Below are positions 20,101 through 28,539 of a DNA stretch of 64,000 bases, piece by piece; position 1 is the stretch's first letter, and every line of letters starts with the position of its first letter. Under the pieces are notes generated by a model. It did no database searches and was not told the DNA's origin. It saw only the letters and a program-made list of their open reading frames with translations. The position numbers were made by a program, and so were the translations under genes. Source of the stretch: Bacteroidota bacterium. Lineage in GTDB: Bacteria > Bacteroidota > Bacteroidia > Flavobacteriales_D > Crocinitomicaceae. The stretch spans positions 986 to 64,985 of the forward strand of contig JBEBBE010000024.1 of the NCBI GenBank assembly GCA_041158525.1, read 5' to 3'.

Positions 20101-20327
20101 TGCCACTGCAAAACTCCTGTTGTCAGGACCAAGGCATCTATACCTTGTTCGCGTTTGATTTTTCTGGTTTCTTTGAGAATAGATTGAGCTATGCTGGTTC
20201 CTTCCCAAAGGGCCGCAGGTTCGCCAACTACTTTGTTGAAATCGATATTGACCAAGGGGTCATCGGTGCGCAGCAGGGTAAGCTCTGATTCCCAAGTATG
20301 GTAATATGCTTCAATGACTGCTGACAT
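17085..20327 (-). CDS. Superfamily-1 (Upf1/DNA2-like, COG1112-type) helicase with a DUF4011-like N-terminus
   Basis: Walker A GPPGTGKS (aa 225-231), Walker B FDEASQ (aa 786-791), then [25 protein letters not shown] and [12 protein letters not shown] motifs. A Q/L/E-rich helical insertion of roughly 460 aa lies between motifs I/Ia and II. Confidence 0.8.
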   Translation of the reverse strand: MSAVIEAYYHTWESELTLLRTDDPLVNIDFNKVVGEPAALWEGTSIAQSILKETRKIKREQGIDALVLTTGVLQWQKGQKKLQTPVFFHEALSFQAEQKNIEFAEQPELNPFVKLYLKNEWQLEAPDNPSVEWIETLIQKGVFESYTPATYIGNFHPQRYELRREWEALKTQDEFSTALLQVLGDFDQEITANGKQFEDSISPLDPDQKKALELASSTSCVIYGPPGTGKSAVLSNYIAQLIFEQKKALVVSEKRGALEVLKHRLTEVGLGQYCLVAPNKNELKGFYQQLQSDFQALLQANPKPKALQINATTKAAQYWQERHELQKESKQSFEALQELFGTKRIVSNASNARWKQWLAHRAYQKQIPTALFEILPQLGKVWSEKEALWLEKAWEEWQLLRAALKNDFALETTRDLDELAKKSLICQQFQTQVFQKYAKQILAQQQGLEKTLTQYLQKEKKLALQEENLSAWLQIPSKEEFPLLKARSEESGFFKKRQWRKLAQQWLRLPELQLGQFEKDLNLYWQSKVQVQQYQLKLEGMGLEFNKQDLLILLQLLKQINWEALSWYQGLASTERSLYVSKQTQIYRLASLNRELFQTTELPFTALQIQLSKVFETLQANLDKLQQVPFELWSTLRQDEEVAEALKDEFWSYLRTQYPLLYQWDEQVLKREIEATLDQKQVAQQLFQEKVQQRQLDKFQELEHLLTAPIRKLNEAQKIARQNLRKGKSILVKEMAKTRQFSSLKTLLEGPAADWLFAIYPVWLLSPALVASSLPMQRSLFDFGLFDEASQLPLSHAIGALQRVETALIAGDPEQMSPSSYFSAQADGVIDLLHQAAFHLPGQLLRYHYRSKHPSLIAFSNQHFYKNELQTWPSTSNNQTAIFQHFVADGQYLERQNINEAQALAKDLSKLLKQNDKVGVVAFSVQQLQCIYTQLSQKDQAILEDKINQRQAFFLALEQIQGEECDHLLISFGFGKNEHNEFNLRFGPMNQAQGGKRLNVLLTRARKSLHFYCSVKAADFPAKRSESVDLIYRWFLFLEDPQLQTKSHDPHEILANARDFDTYLHCYRVLKQRLSLPNRV

Positions 20328-20388
20328 GACGTAAAGTTAGCATCTCTAAGTCGAATAAAAAATCTAATTTTATCTACAAACTCCAATT

Positions 20389-21480
20389 ATGAAATTAGCC
20401 TTCAGTGCATTAGTCCTATTTTTATGTCCGCAAATATTCGCCCAAATCACCGTGGCTGTTGCAGACCACGCCAATGCCAATGACACCATACGTTATAGCC
20501 AAGCAGCGCCAATACCTCTCGACCTTCAAACTACTGGCCCAAATGCCACCTGGGATTTCTCTCAACTGAGTGCTCAAACTCAAACCTTGAAAAATTTTGA
20601 GGCGCTAGACTTCACCTCATTTTTAATCATTGCCACCTATGGCCCTATCGCTTCAACCCCATACAGAGCTAGTTATTACAATCCTTCCACAGCCTTGCCT
20701 ATCGAGCAATTTTCAGCTTTTCTTCCGATTGAATTATCAAATCTAGCCCAATACTCAAAAAGAACTTCAAGTGCCATTACAAGCATTGGTTATTCAATTG
20801 ATGTACAAGGTCAGGGTTTACCTTTTAAATCTGATACCATCGAAACCAGATACGAATTACCACTCAATTTCAATGACGCTTACACCTCTCGGGGCTATAC
20901 TTATGTCGACTTGAATCCGGCTGCCGATATTAAGTTCATTCAGCACCGCCAGCGCAACTCAACGGTAGATGGCTGGGGAACACTCACAACACCTTACGGC
21001 ACTTTCCAAGCACTCAGAATTCGCCACGACATCGAAGAAACAGATTCTATTTATCAAACATTTTTTGGTCAGGGTGCCTGGATTGCGCCACCAAGTTTTA
21101 CAACCACCGAATACGAGTGGTGGACAAACGGTAAAAAAGATTATTTACTCAAGGTCATTGAAGGAGGTTTTGGTCAGCAGGGGCAGGGGATTACCTCCAT
21201 TGAATACCAGGATAATTACTTGGGCTTAGATGCAAGTATCTCTGAACTCGACGCACAATTGGTGCTTTCACCAAATCCATGCTCCGATTTAGTTTTCTTT
21301 AAAACGCCAATTTTGTTGGAACGCATAGAGGTTTTGAATTCCATGGGCAAAGTGGTTCAAGTCGAGGAAAATACCAGTTCTATTGGTTATATCGACCTTA
21401 CACAATTGCCTTCCGGAACCTACACTTTAATCCTACACGCCTCAAAAGGACAATTCGTAAGAAAGCTCGTTAAACTTTAA
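20389..21480 (+). CDS. Secreted hypothetical protein with a T9SS type-A C-terminal sorting domain
   Basis: Signal peptide, and a C-terminus LSPNPCSDLVFF...IEVLNSMGKVV...LPSGTYTLIL...RKLVKL that fits the Por_Secre_tail pattern. Confidence 0.75.
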   Translation: MKLAFSALVLFLCPQIFAQITVAVADHANANDTIRYSQAAPIPLDLQTTGPNATWDFSQLSAQTQTLKNFEALDFTSFLIIATYGPIASTPYRASYYNPSTALPIEQFSAFLPIELSNLAQYSKRTSSAITSIGYSIDVQGQGLPFKSDTIETRYELPLNFNDAYTSRGYTYVDLNPAADIKFIQHRQRNSTVDGWGTLTTPYGTFQALRIRHDIEETDSIYQTFFGQGAWIAPPSFTTTEYEWWTNGKKDYLLKVIEGGFGQQGQGITSIEYQDNYLGLDASISELDAQLVLSPNPCSDLVFFKTPILLERIEVLNSMGKVVQVEENTSSIGYIDLTQLPSGTYTLILHASKGQFVRKLVKL

Positions 21481-21488
21481 TACCTTTG
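21481..21488 (+). promoter_or_regulatory. Candidate -7 box (TACCTTTG) for rnpB
   Basis: TAnnTTTG ends 4 nt before the first base of the predicted P1 helix of RNase P RNA. It abuts the stop codon of the upstream gene. Confidence 0.45.
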
Positions 21489-21492
21489 TTTC

Positions 21493-21871
21493 GGCAAATC
21501 AGTCTATCGCTTTTCATTTGAAAAGAGGAAAGTCCGGGCAGCACAGAGCATCGTACTTCCTAACGGGAAGGGCTACAACTAGCGATGGTTGTGGTACAGA
21601 AAGTGCCGCAGAAAATTAAACTACCTCAGTTTACTGGGGAAAAGGTGAAAAGGTGGGGTAAGAGCCCACCGCTTGTTTAGCAATAAGCAGGGCAGGGTAA
21701 ACCTTACGAGCTGAAAGACCAAATATACCGGGGCCTGCGCAAGCAGAGAGGGCTGCTCGCCTGACTCGGAGGGTAGGTTGATGGACTCCAAGCGTGAGTT
21801 TGGAGCTAGATAAATGATAGACACCAAAGCTGCGTGCAGCCATTGGTACAGAACCCGGCTTATGATTTGCC
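21493..21871 (+). ncRNA. rnpB: RNase P RNA, bacterial type A
   Basis: Universal elements GAGGAAAGTCCGGGC (P4 5' strand) and ACAGAACCCGGCTTA (P4 3' strand). The P1 helix is GGCAAATCA (21493-21501) paired with TGATTTGCC (21863-21871). Confidence 0.95.
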
Positions 21872-21889
21872 ATTTTTTATTTTTTCAGC

Positions 21890-22567
21890 ATGCATGAATT
21901 AGTTCAAGACATTCAACATTCTTTGGAACGCGTTAAGGACCCTACTCGCGTTGAGCAGATGGAGGCCTACATGAAAAACAATTTTTCTTTTTTAGGCGTG
22001 ATGTCGGGCCCGCGAAAAGAAATTTTTCAAAAGCACAAAGCACAGCTGCTGCAACTCAAGCCCTCAGCATCTTGGGAGTTCATTTATGAATGTTGGGCAA
22101 ATCAATACCGTGAAGTTCAATACATTGCCATTGATTTTTTACTTGCTAACTACAAAAAAATTGCGCAACCCTCAGACGGCACTGCACTTACCTTTATCTT
22201 GAGCAATCAAACTTGGTGGGATTCCCTTGACCTTGTTGCTTCGCATAGTGTTGGGCATTTTGCAACAAAATTTCCTAATGAATTCAAAGTCTTGGCCCAA
22301 GAATGGGAAGATTCCGAGCATTTTTGGTTGCATCGTACCTTGCTCATTCATCAATTGAAGTACAAGCAAAAAACCAACCTAGATCTTTTACAATATTATA
22401 TCCGAACTTTTAAATCGAATAAAGAATTTTTTATTCAAAAGGCCATCGGATGGTCCTTGAGGGAAGTGTCGAAATGGAAGCCAATTTGGGTGCAAAAAGT
22501 GGTGCTGGAAGAAAACCTGCAAGGGCTAGCCAAACGAGAGGCGCTTAAATATGTCCCTGAGGCCTAA
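21890..22567 (+). CDS. DNA alkylation repair protein (AlkD-like HEAT-repeat glycosylase family)
   Basis: 225 aa with family-typical segments (MEAYMKNNFSFLGV, FIQKAIGWSLREVSK). Confidence 0.8.
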   Translation: MHELVQDIQHSLERVKDPTRVEQMEAYMKNNFSFLGVMSGPRKEIFQKHKAQLLQLKPSASWEFIYECWANQYREVQYIAIDFLLANYKKIAQPSDGTALTFILSNQTWWDSLDLVASHSVGHFATKFPNEFKVLAQEWEDSEHFWLHRTLLIHQLKYKQKTNLDLLQYYIRTFKSNKEFFIQKAIGWSLREVSKWKPIWVQKVVLEENLQGLAKREALKYVPEA

Positions 22568-22610
22568 ATCAGGAAGCGTATTTCTCAGAGTTTTTGTATT
22601 TTCACACCTT

Positions 22611-25600
22611 ATGAAAGCAAGCTTTTTATTTTTCTGCTTGAGTGTCTTCGTTTCACTCGAGTTAAGGGCGCAATTTGGACCTGAAAACGGGGTTAAAGCC
22701 ACTGAACCAAACTATATTCTTCTCCAAAATGCCACTTTAATGATCAAACCGGGCGAGACGGCTCAAACCACCGATCTACTTATAAAAGACGGCAAAATCA
22801 TCAAGGTCGCAAAGCAAATCAAGCAAGACGGAGCCGTAGTGCTTGATTACACCGGGAAATATATCGTCCCATCTTTTGTCGAACTTTATTCAGATGTGGG
22901 CCTAGAACCTGTCAAGTACGAAGGAAGTGGATGGCGCCCACAAATGGAATCCAATAAAGAGGGTGCCTATTACTGGAATGAGGCGATTCACCCGGAGCTT
23001 GCTGCGTCCGCAGCTTATCAGTATCAGGCAGCTAAAGCTGAGCAACTTCAACAAGCTGGTTTTGGATTTGCACTCACGCATTTTACAGACGGAATTGTCA
23101 GGGGCAGTGGTGCTTTTGTAGGTTTAGGCGAGGGGCCTGTTCATCGTCAGATTGTCAAAGCAAAGGCGGCGCAATATTATTCTTTTGAAAAGGGTGGGAG
23201 CCATCAAGGTTATCCGTCGTCCCAAATGGGCGCTATTGCTTTACTTCGTCAGGCTTTGTATGACTTAAATTATTACTCGACTAGCGCTACCAAACTACCA
23301 TACTCCGAATCTTTGAATCAATGGCAAAGCATTTACACCTTGCCTACCTTTTTCAAAACCACCGACAAATATGAGATTCTGCGTGCCGAAAAAATTTCCA
23401 AAGAATTCAAAAGCCCTTTTATTTATGTGGGTTCAGGCAATGAATACGCCATTGCCCAGACACTAAAAGAGCTCCAGGCAAAACTTGTCTTGCCTCTTAA
23501 TTTCCCGGAGGCCTACGATGTCAAAGATCCGTATTTAGCCAGTCAAATTCCACTCAGCGACCTCAAGCACTGGGAGCTTGCGCCTGCCAATGCAGCGCTT
23601 TTAGCGAAACAGCAACTCGACTTTGCCATCAGTACACAAGGTTTAAAAAATGCCGATCAGTTCTGGACGAACTTGCGCAAAGCCATCAACAGAGGTTTGG
23701 CGCCCAACCAGGCACTTGCCGCCCTCACCACCATTCCTGCTGCTTGGCTTGGTCTTGAAGGTCAAATTGGCACTTTGGAAGTCGGAAAATTGGCTAGTTT
23801 TTCAATCTACAATGGCAATCCCTTCACCCATGAAGCTCAATTATTGGAGTCTTGGAATCAAGGCGCGCAAAAAGTCTGGAAAACACCAAACACAGCTCAA
23901 ATTTTAGGTACTTATACACTCCGCTTTGAAAATCAAACGTATGGCTTACAAATCAGCGGAACCCCTGAGCGTCCGCAAGCTAAAGCATGGTTAGTGAAAG
24001 GAACCGATACGCTCACTGCCAAAGCTAATGTCATCCTGAATCAACAAGATATTGCGCTGCAGTTCTTGTCTTTAGGGCAACCCGAAAAACAACTCATTCA
24101 ATTACACGGTAAAGTTTTGAAAGACGGTGCGGTTCTAGAAGGCGAGGGCACCAATGCACAAGGCGCCTGGATCCGTTGGTCTGCCATTCAGAACAAAAAA
24201 ACAGAGCTCCAACCATTAACTAGCCTGAAACCAGATACTTTACACAACGGGGCAGTATGGTTTCCAAATATGGCTTTTGGAAATACAGAAGTGCAAAAAA
24301 CCAAAACAATTTTATTCAAAGACGCCACTGTCTGGACCAATGAAAAAGAAGGAATTTTGGTTGGCGCCGATGTGCTGGTACAAGATGGAAAAATCATCAA
24401 GGTGAGCCGCCAATCGATCTCAGCGCCAGCAGGGGCCAGAGTCGTTGACGCAAAAGGACTGCATTTAACAAGTGGCATCATCGATGAGCATTCGCATATT
24501 GCCATTTCAAAAGGCGTGAACGAAGGTGGTCAATCCATTTCGGCAGAGGTCAGTATTGCCGATGTTGTGAATCCCGACGATATCGATATTTACAGACAGC
24601 TTGCAGGCGGCGTTACAGCTGCGCAACTTTTACATGGCTCTGCAAATGCAATTGGTGGCCAATCGGCGCTCATTAAACTCAAGTGGGGACAAACGCCAGA
24701 AGCATTACTCATTGCTAACGCGCCTAAATTCATCAAGTTTGCGCTCGGGGAGAATGTCAAGCAGGCCAATTGGGGCGATTTCAACACCGTCCGCTTTCCA
24801 CAAACCAGAATGGGCGTTGAGCAAGTTTTCTATGATGGCTTCTATCGTGCCAAAGCTTATCAAAAAGAATGGAACGACTACAAAGCGGGTAAATCTAAAA
24901 CAGCACCAAGAGTTGACCTCGAATTAGAGGTGTTGTCTGAAATATTGCGTTCCGAACGCTTCATTACTTGCCACTCTTACATTCAGTCTGAAATCAATAT
25001 GTTGATGCACGTGGCTGATTCCATGGGCTTCAGAGTCAATACGTTTACCCATATTTTAGAAGGATACAAAGTGGCCGACAAAATGAAAGCTCATGGAGTA
25101 GCTGGCTCTACTTTTTCTGATTGGTGGGCTTATAAATTTGAGGTCAATGACGCCATACCTTACAATGCTGCCCTCATGCAAGAACAAGGTGTCTTGGTTT
25201 GTCTAAATTCTGACGACGCAGAAATGGGTCGCCGTTTGAATCAAGAAGCTGCAAAAGCCATCAAATATGGCGGCATGACTGAAGAAGAAGCATGGAAATT
25301 AGTCACACTTAATCCGGCAAAAATCCTACACCTCGATCAAAGAATGGGGAGTGTGAAAGCGGGCAAAGATGCCGATTTAGTTTTATGGACTGCCAACCCG
25401 CTTAGTATCACGGCCAGATCATCCATGACACTTGTTGATGGTGTGATTTACTATGAAGAAGCTGTTCAGGAAGCAAAACTGACCCAAATTCAAAAAGAAC
25501 GCAATCGCATATTGGCACTGATGTTGGCCTCTAACGAGTTAGGAGAGCCGAGTAAAGCACCTCAGAAGAAAGTAAAAAAACATTTCCATTGTGACACACT

Positions 25601-25637
25601 TGGAGAGGAAGCAGAAACCCAAGAAAACACCCATTAA
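22611..25637 (+). CDS. Secreted two-module amidohydrolase-family protein (degenerate N-terminal module, intact C-terminal module)
   Basis: Signal peptide MKASFLFFCLSVFVSLELRAQ. The C-terminal module has GIIDEHSHIA (HxH) and LNSDDAEMG. The N-terminal module has PSFVELYSDVG where PGxIDxHxH would be expected. Confidence 0.8.
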   Translation: MKASFLFFCLSVFVSLELRAQFGPENGVKATEPNYILLQNATLMIKPGETAQTTDLLIKDGKIIKVAKQIKQDGAVVLDYTGKYIVPSFVELYSDVGLEPVKYEGSGWRPQMESNKEGAYYWNEAIHPELAASAAYQYQAAKAEQLQQAGFGFALTHFTDGIVRGSGAFVGLGEGPVHRQIVKAKAAQYYSFEKGGSHQGYPSSQMGAIALLRQALYDLNYYSTSATKLPYSESLNQWQSIYTLPTFFKTTDKYEILRAEKISKEFKSPFIYVGSGNEYAIAQTLKELQAKLVLPLNFPEAYDVKDPYLASQIPLSDLKHWELAPANAALLAKQQLDFAISTQGLKNADQFWTNLRKAINRGLAPNQALAALTTIPAAWLGLEGQIGTLEVGKLASFSIYNGNPFTHEAQLLESWNQGAQKVWKTPNTAQILGTYTLRFENQTYGLQISGTPERPQAKAWLVKGTDTLTAKANVILNQQDIALQFLSLGQPEKQLIQLHGKVLKDGAVLEGEGTNAQGAWIRWSAIQNKKTELQPLTSLKPDTLHNGAVWFPNMAFGNTEVQKTKTILFKDATVWTNEKEGILVGADVLVQDGKIIKVSRQSISAPAGARVVDAKGLHLTSGIIDEHSHIAISKGVNEGGQSISAEVSIADVVNPDDIDIYRQLAGGVTAAQLLHGSANAIGGQSALIKLKWGQTPEALLIANAPKFIKFALGENVKQANWGDFNTVRFPQTRMGVEQVFYDGFYRAKAYQKEWNDYKAGKSKTAPRVDLELEVLSEILRSERFITCHSYIQSEINMLMHVADSMGFRVNTFTHILEGYKVADKMKAHGVAGSTFSDWWAYKFEVNDAIPYNAALMQEQGVLVCLNSDDAEMGRRLNQEAAKAIKYGGMTEEEAWKLVTLNPAKILHLDQRMGSVKAGKDADLVLWTANPLSITARSSMTLVDGVIYYEEAVQEAKLTQIQKERNRILALMLASNELGEPSKAPQKKVKKHFHCDTLGEEAETQENTH

Positions 25638-25639
25638 TC

Positions 25640-26866
25640 ATGAAGCAGTTACTTTTATTTTTATGCCTCGGATGGCAATTGGTTGCATTAGGTCAACGCA
25701 CGCTGCTACTCAACGGCGTTGCGCATATTGGCGATGGTCAGGTACTAGAATCTGCCGCAATTGGTGTGGTCAATGACCGCATTGTGTTTGTCAAAAATGC
25801 CCTCACACAAACATTTGACCCAAAAGATTGGGATACCATCATTCAACTCAATGGCCAGCATATTTATCCTGCCCTAGTTTCAGCAAACAATACATTAGGT
25901 CTTACCGAAATTGATGCAGTACGGGCCACTCGTGATTTCAACGATGTGGGTATCTGGAATCCGCATGTGCGTGCGCAAGTTGCATTTAATGTCGAATCAA
26001 GGGTTGTAGAAACCGTAAGAACCAATGGTGTGCTCATTACGCAAGCCACACCAAGAGGCGGACTCATCTCAGGGACTTCTGCCATCATGAATTTATCTGG
26101 TTGGAACTGGGAAGACGCTACCATCGTTGCCAATGATGGCATTCATGTCAATTGGCCTTCTAACAAGGAAACTTATGCGCAAGACAAACAGTTGATATAC
26201 AACTTTTTCCAAACAGCAAAAGCCGCTGCATTTGATCGTACAGAACCAGTTGTAGAGCTCAGAATCCAAGCCATGAAGGCCTGCTTCAAAGGCACAAAAC
26301 GAGTGTATATTCATGCGGAGAGCATCCAACAAATCGTGGACGTCATAGATTTTGCTCAAGCTTTTGCTTTGCCCTTTCCTGTAATTGTAGGTGGCGACGA
26401 AGCTCATTTAGTGGGTCCAAAACTCAAAGATTCAAAAATTCCCGTCATGCTCAATCGCATTCATAGTCTACCAAGACACGAAGATGACCTCACGTACCAA
26501 CCCTATCGTTTGCCAGCCTTGCTGAAAGCCCAGGGCATTTTATTTTGTCTTCAAAATGACGGCGATATGCAAGCCATGAACACTAGAAACTTGCCATTTC
26601 AGGCCGGAACAACCATGGCTTATGGGCTCAGTGAAGAAGAAGCCTTGCAGACCGTATCTTTAAATGTTTGCAAAATCATGGGAATTGACCAAGATTACGG
26701 CACCTTAGCAGCCGGTAAAAAGGCTACGTTTTTCGTTTCAAAAGGTCCCGCACTAGAAATGAAAACCAATGCCGTAAGCCTAATTCTCATCAATGGCAAG
26801 TTGTGCCCAACTACCAATTTCCAAGAAGCGCTTTATCACAAGTACCAAGATAAATACAAGCAATAA
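25640..26866 (+). CDS. Secreted amidohydrolase-like protein lacking the HxH metal motif
   Basis: Signal peptide and an amidohydrolase-like fold pattern, but PALVSANNTLG replaces PGxIDxHxH. It starts 2 nt after the previous gene. Confidence 0.75.
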   Translation: MKQLLLFLCLGWQLVALGQRTLLLNGVAHIGDGQVLESAAIGVVNDRIVFVKNALTQTFDPKDWDTIIQLNGQHIYPALVSANNTLGLTEIDAVRATRDFNDVGIWNPHVRAQVAFNVESRVVETVRTNGVLITQATPRGGLISGTSAIMNLSGWNWEDATIVANDGIHVNWPSNKETYAQDKQLIYNFFQTAKAAAFDRTEPVVELRIQAMKACFKGTKRVYIHAESIQQIVDVIDFAQAFALPFPVIVGGDEAHLVGPKLKDSKIPVMLNRIHSLPRHEDDLTYQPYRLPALLKAQGILFCLQNDGDMQAMNTRNLPFQAGTTMAYGLSEEEALQTVSLNVCKIMGIDQDYGTLAAGKKATFFVSKGPALEMKTNAVSLILINGKLCPTTNFQEALYHKYQDKYKQ

Positions 26867-26876
26867 AAACTTTTTT

Positions 26877-26902
26877 TGTAACAAAAGAAGTTTGAAGTCG
26901 TC
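26877..26902 (+). promoter_or_regulatory. ECF-type promoter TGTAAC-N16-CGTC upstream of the sigma-factor gene (autoregulatory candidate)
   Basis: TTGTAACAAAAGAAGTTTGAAGTCGTCTTC. The -35 GTAAC and -10 CGTC are spaced 16 nt apart, 14 nt before the ATG at 26917. Confidence 0.6.
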
Positions 26903-26916
26903 TTCTGATTGTCACG

Positions 26917-27402
26917 ATGACTGTACAGGAATATAATGCTTGTGTCCGCGAATTTTCGGATGGCCTCTATCGTTTTGCTTTAAAGAACGTCAGAGACACC
27001 GACCTTGCCCAAGATTTTGTTCAAGATGCGTTTGAACGGCTTTGGCTGCGTCTTGATACTGTAGATTACCAACGTGTTAAGTCGTACTTGTTCAGGACGG
27101 TTGTCAACCTGCAAATTGACCGCAGCCGCAGACAAAGCCTACAGCAACAGCATCTCAGTTCCTTACCCGATCCAGTGCACAGCCCGGGCGTGGCTCACGA
27201 TGTTCAGCAACTCATTGATGAAGGTGTTGCCCGACTCAATGACATCCAAAGAACGGTGCTTACCCTCCGAGATTTCGAGGGTTACAGCTACCAAGAAATA
27301 GCCGAAATGACGGCGCTTTCGGTAGACCAAGTCAAGGTTTACATTTTCAGAGCGCGCCGCTTTTTAAAACAATATATTGGTAAAATGGAGGTACTAATAT
27401 GA
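26917..27402 (+). CDS. RNA polymerase ECF (group 4) sigma-70 factor
   Basis: 161 aa. Region 2 is DLAQDFVQDAFERLW and the region 4 HTH is LTLRDFEGYSYQEIAEMTALSVDQVKVYIFRARRFL. Confidence 0.9.
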   Translation: MTVQEYNACVREFSDGLYRFALKNVRDTDLAQDFVQDAFERLWLRLDTVDYQRVKSYLFRTVVNLQIDRSRRQSLQQQHLSSLPDPVHSPGVAHDVQQLIDEGVARLNDIQRTVLTLRDFEGYSYQEIAEMTALSVDQVKVYIFRARRFLKQYIGKMEVLI

Positions 27403-28490
27403 AATTAACAGAAGTTCAAATAGCAGATTTAATATTGGCTTACCATGATGGTACGCTCTCCAAAGAGCAAACTGCTTTATTAAACAATTTCCTAGCAGAA
27501 AATCCCGATTTTCAACTCGATTTAGAAGATCCAATTACACTGTTCCCAGAACCGCTCTCTTATTCGGGGCCATCTTTATTGAAGTCCAATTTAGAAAACA
27601 TCGCAACCTACGCTTCAGAGGAGGGGCACCCCTATGAAAAACTAGCTATCGGTAATTTAGAAGGCATCCTTTCACCTAATGAAGCGCTGCTTTTAAAAGA
27701 ATTGGGTCAGGATACCAACTACCAAAAAGTAGCGGCCCAAATTCAACATACTCAATTAAAGCCTGACCTCAACATCACATATCCACGTATTGAAACGCTC
27801 TTAAAGGATGCGCCAATTCGCCAGATTCAATTCAAAAATGTTGTAGCCACTATCAGTGCTTCAGCCGCTGCAATTTTATTGACCCTATTTTTGATTGGCC
27901 AAGAACATGATCAACCTGGCTTAATTCAGAAAAAAACTTCCGCAAAGGCGAATATAAAATCAAACAAGAAAGCAATTAATAATCATTCAGAATCGGCTCC
28001 CTCGGAATTACTCGCGAGCAATATAAATCCGCAGATCGCCTCACATCCGCAGCTCGCTGATCTTCCACCACGAGACTGCATTGTAGAGGAAATCATTCCT
28101 TCAGCACAAGAAAACCCTGAAATTTTTGTGGCGCAAAATGTCAATCAAGCCGCATTAGCAAATAATAATAACCAAACTTCCTTAGGCTTACTGCACTCCG
28201 ATCAAAATACAAATCCAAACGTTCTCGAACAAGGAAACGGTCCGGTAGTAAAAAGTGCTTTAGCAAAAGAACCGGTCACTGTCAAAACTTTCTTACTCCA
28301 AAAAACAAACGAACGCTTGTTTGGCACCACGACACCTACCGCAGACCTCCGTTATGAAACCATGGCACGTTATGCCAGTGAAACCATCGGCATTCCTGTT
28401 CGCTACAATGTAGAAGAAGGCTCGGCTACCGATAAAATCGTTTTTCAATTGGGGCCAATCAGCTTTGAACGCAGCCGTGCAAAAAAATAA
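27399..28490 (+). CDS. Putative anti-sigma factor (single-pass membrane protein)
   Basis: ATGA overlap with the sigma gene. Short helical N-domain, one TM helix (VVATISASAAAILLTLFLIG), and a low-complexity outer domain. No zinc motif is present. Confidence 0.6.
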   Translation: MKLTEVQIADLILAYHDGTLSKEQTALLNNFLAENPDFQLDLEDPITLFPEPLSYSGPSLLKSNLENIATYASEEGHPYEKLAIGNLEGILSPNEALLLKELGQDTNYQKVAAQIQHTQLKPDLNITYPRIETLLKDAPIRQIQFKNVVATISASAAAILLTLFLIGQEHDQPGLIQKKTSAKANIKSNKKAINNHSESAPSELLASNINPQIASHPQLADLPPRDCIVEEIIPSAQENPEIFVAQNVNQAALANNNNQTSLGLLHSDQNTNPNVLEQGNGPVVKSALAKEPVTVKTFLLQKTNERLFGTTTPTADLRYETMARYASETIGIPVRYNVEEGSATDKIVFQLGPISFERSRAKK

Positions 28491-28491
28491 T

Positions 28492-28517
28492 TGTAACAAA
28501 AATCAAGACACCTCGTC
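28492..28517 (+). promoter_or_regulatory. Second copy of the ECF-type promoter TGTAAC-N16-CGTC, upstream of the OM beta-barrel gene
   Basis: TTGTAACAAAAATCAAGACACCTCGTCATA. It has the same TTGTAACAAAA -35 element and the same spacer length as 26877-26902, 22 nt before the ATG at 28540. Confidence 0.6.
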
Positions 28518-28539
28518 ATAAGTTTAAAATCAATAAAAA

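Noticed and set aside
21621-21873. Two minus-strand ORFs (68 and 80 aa) from the ORF track
   Set aside because: They lie entirely within the RNase P RNA gene on the opposite strand, so they are artefacts of a structured GC-richer RNA.
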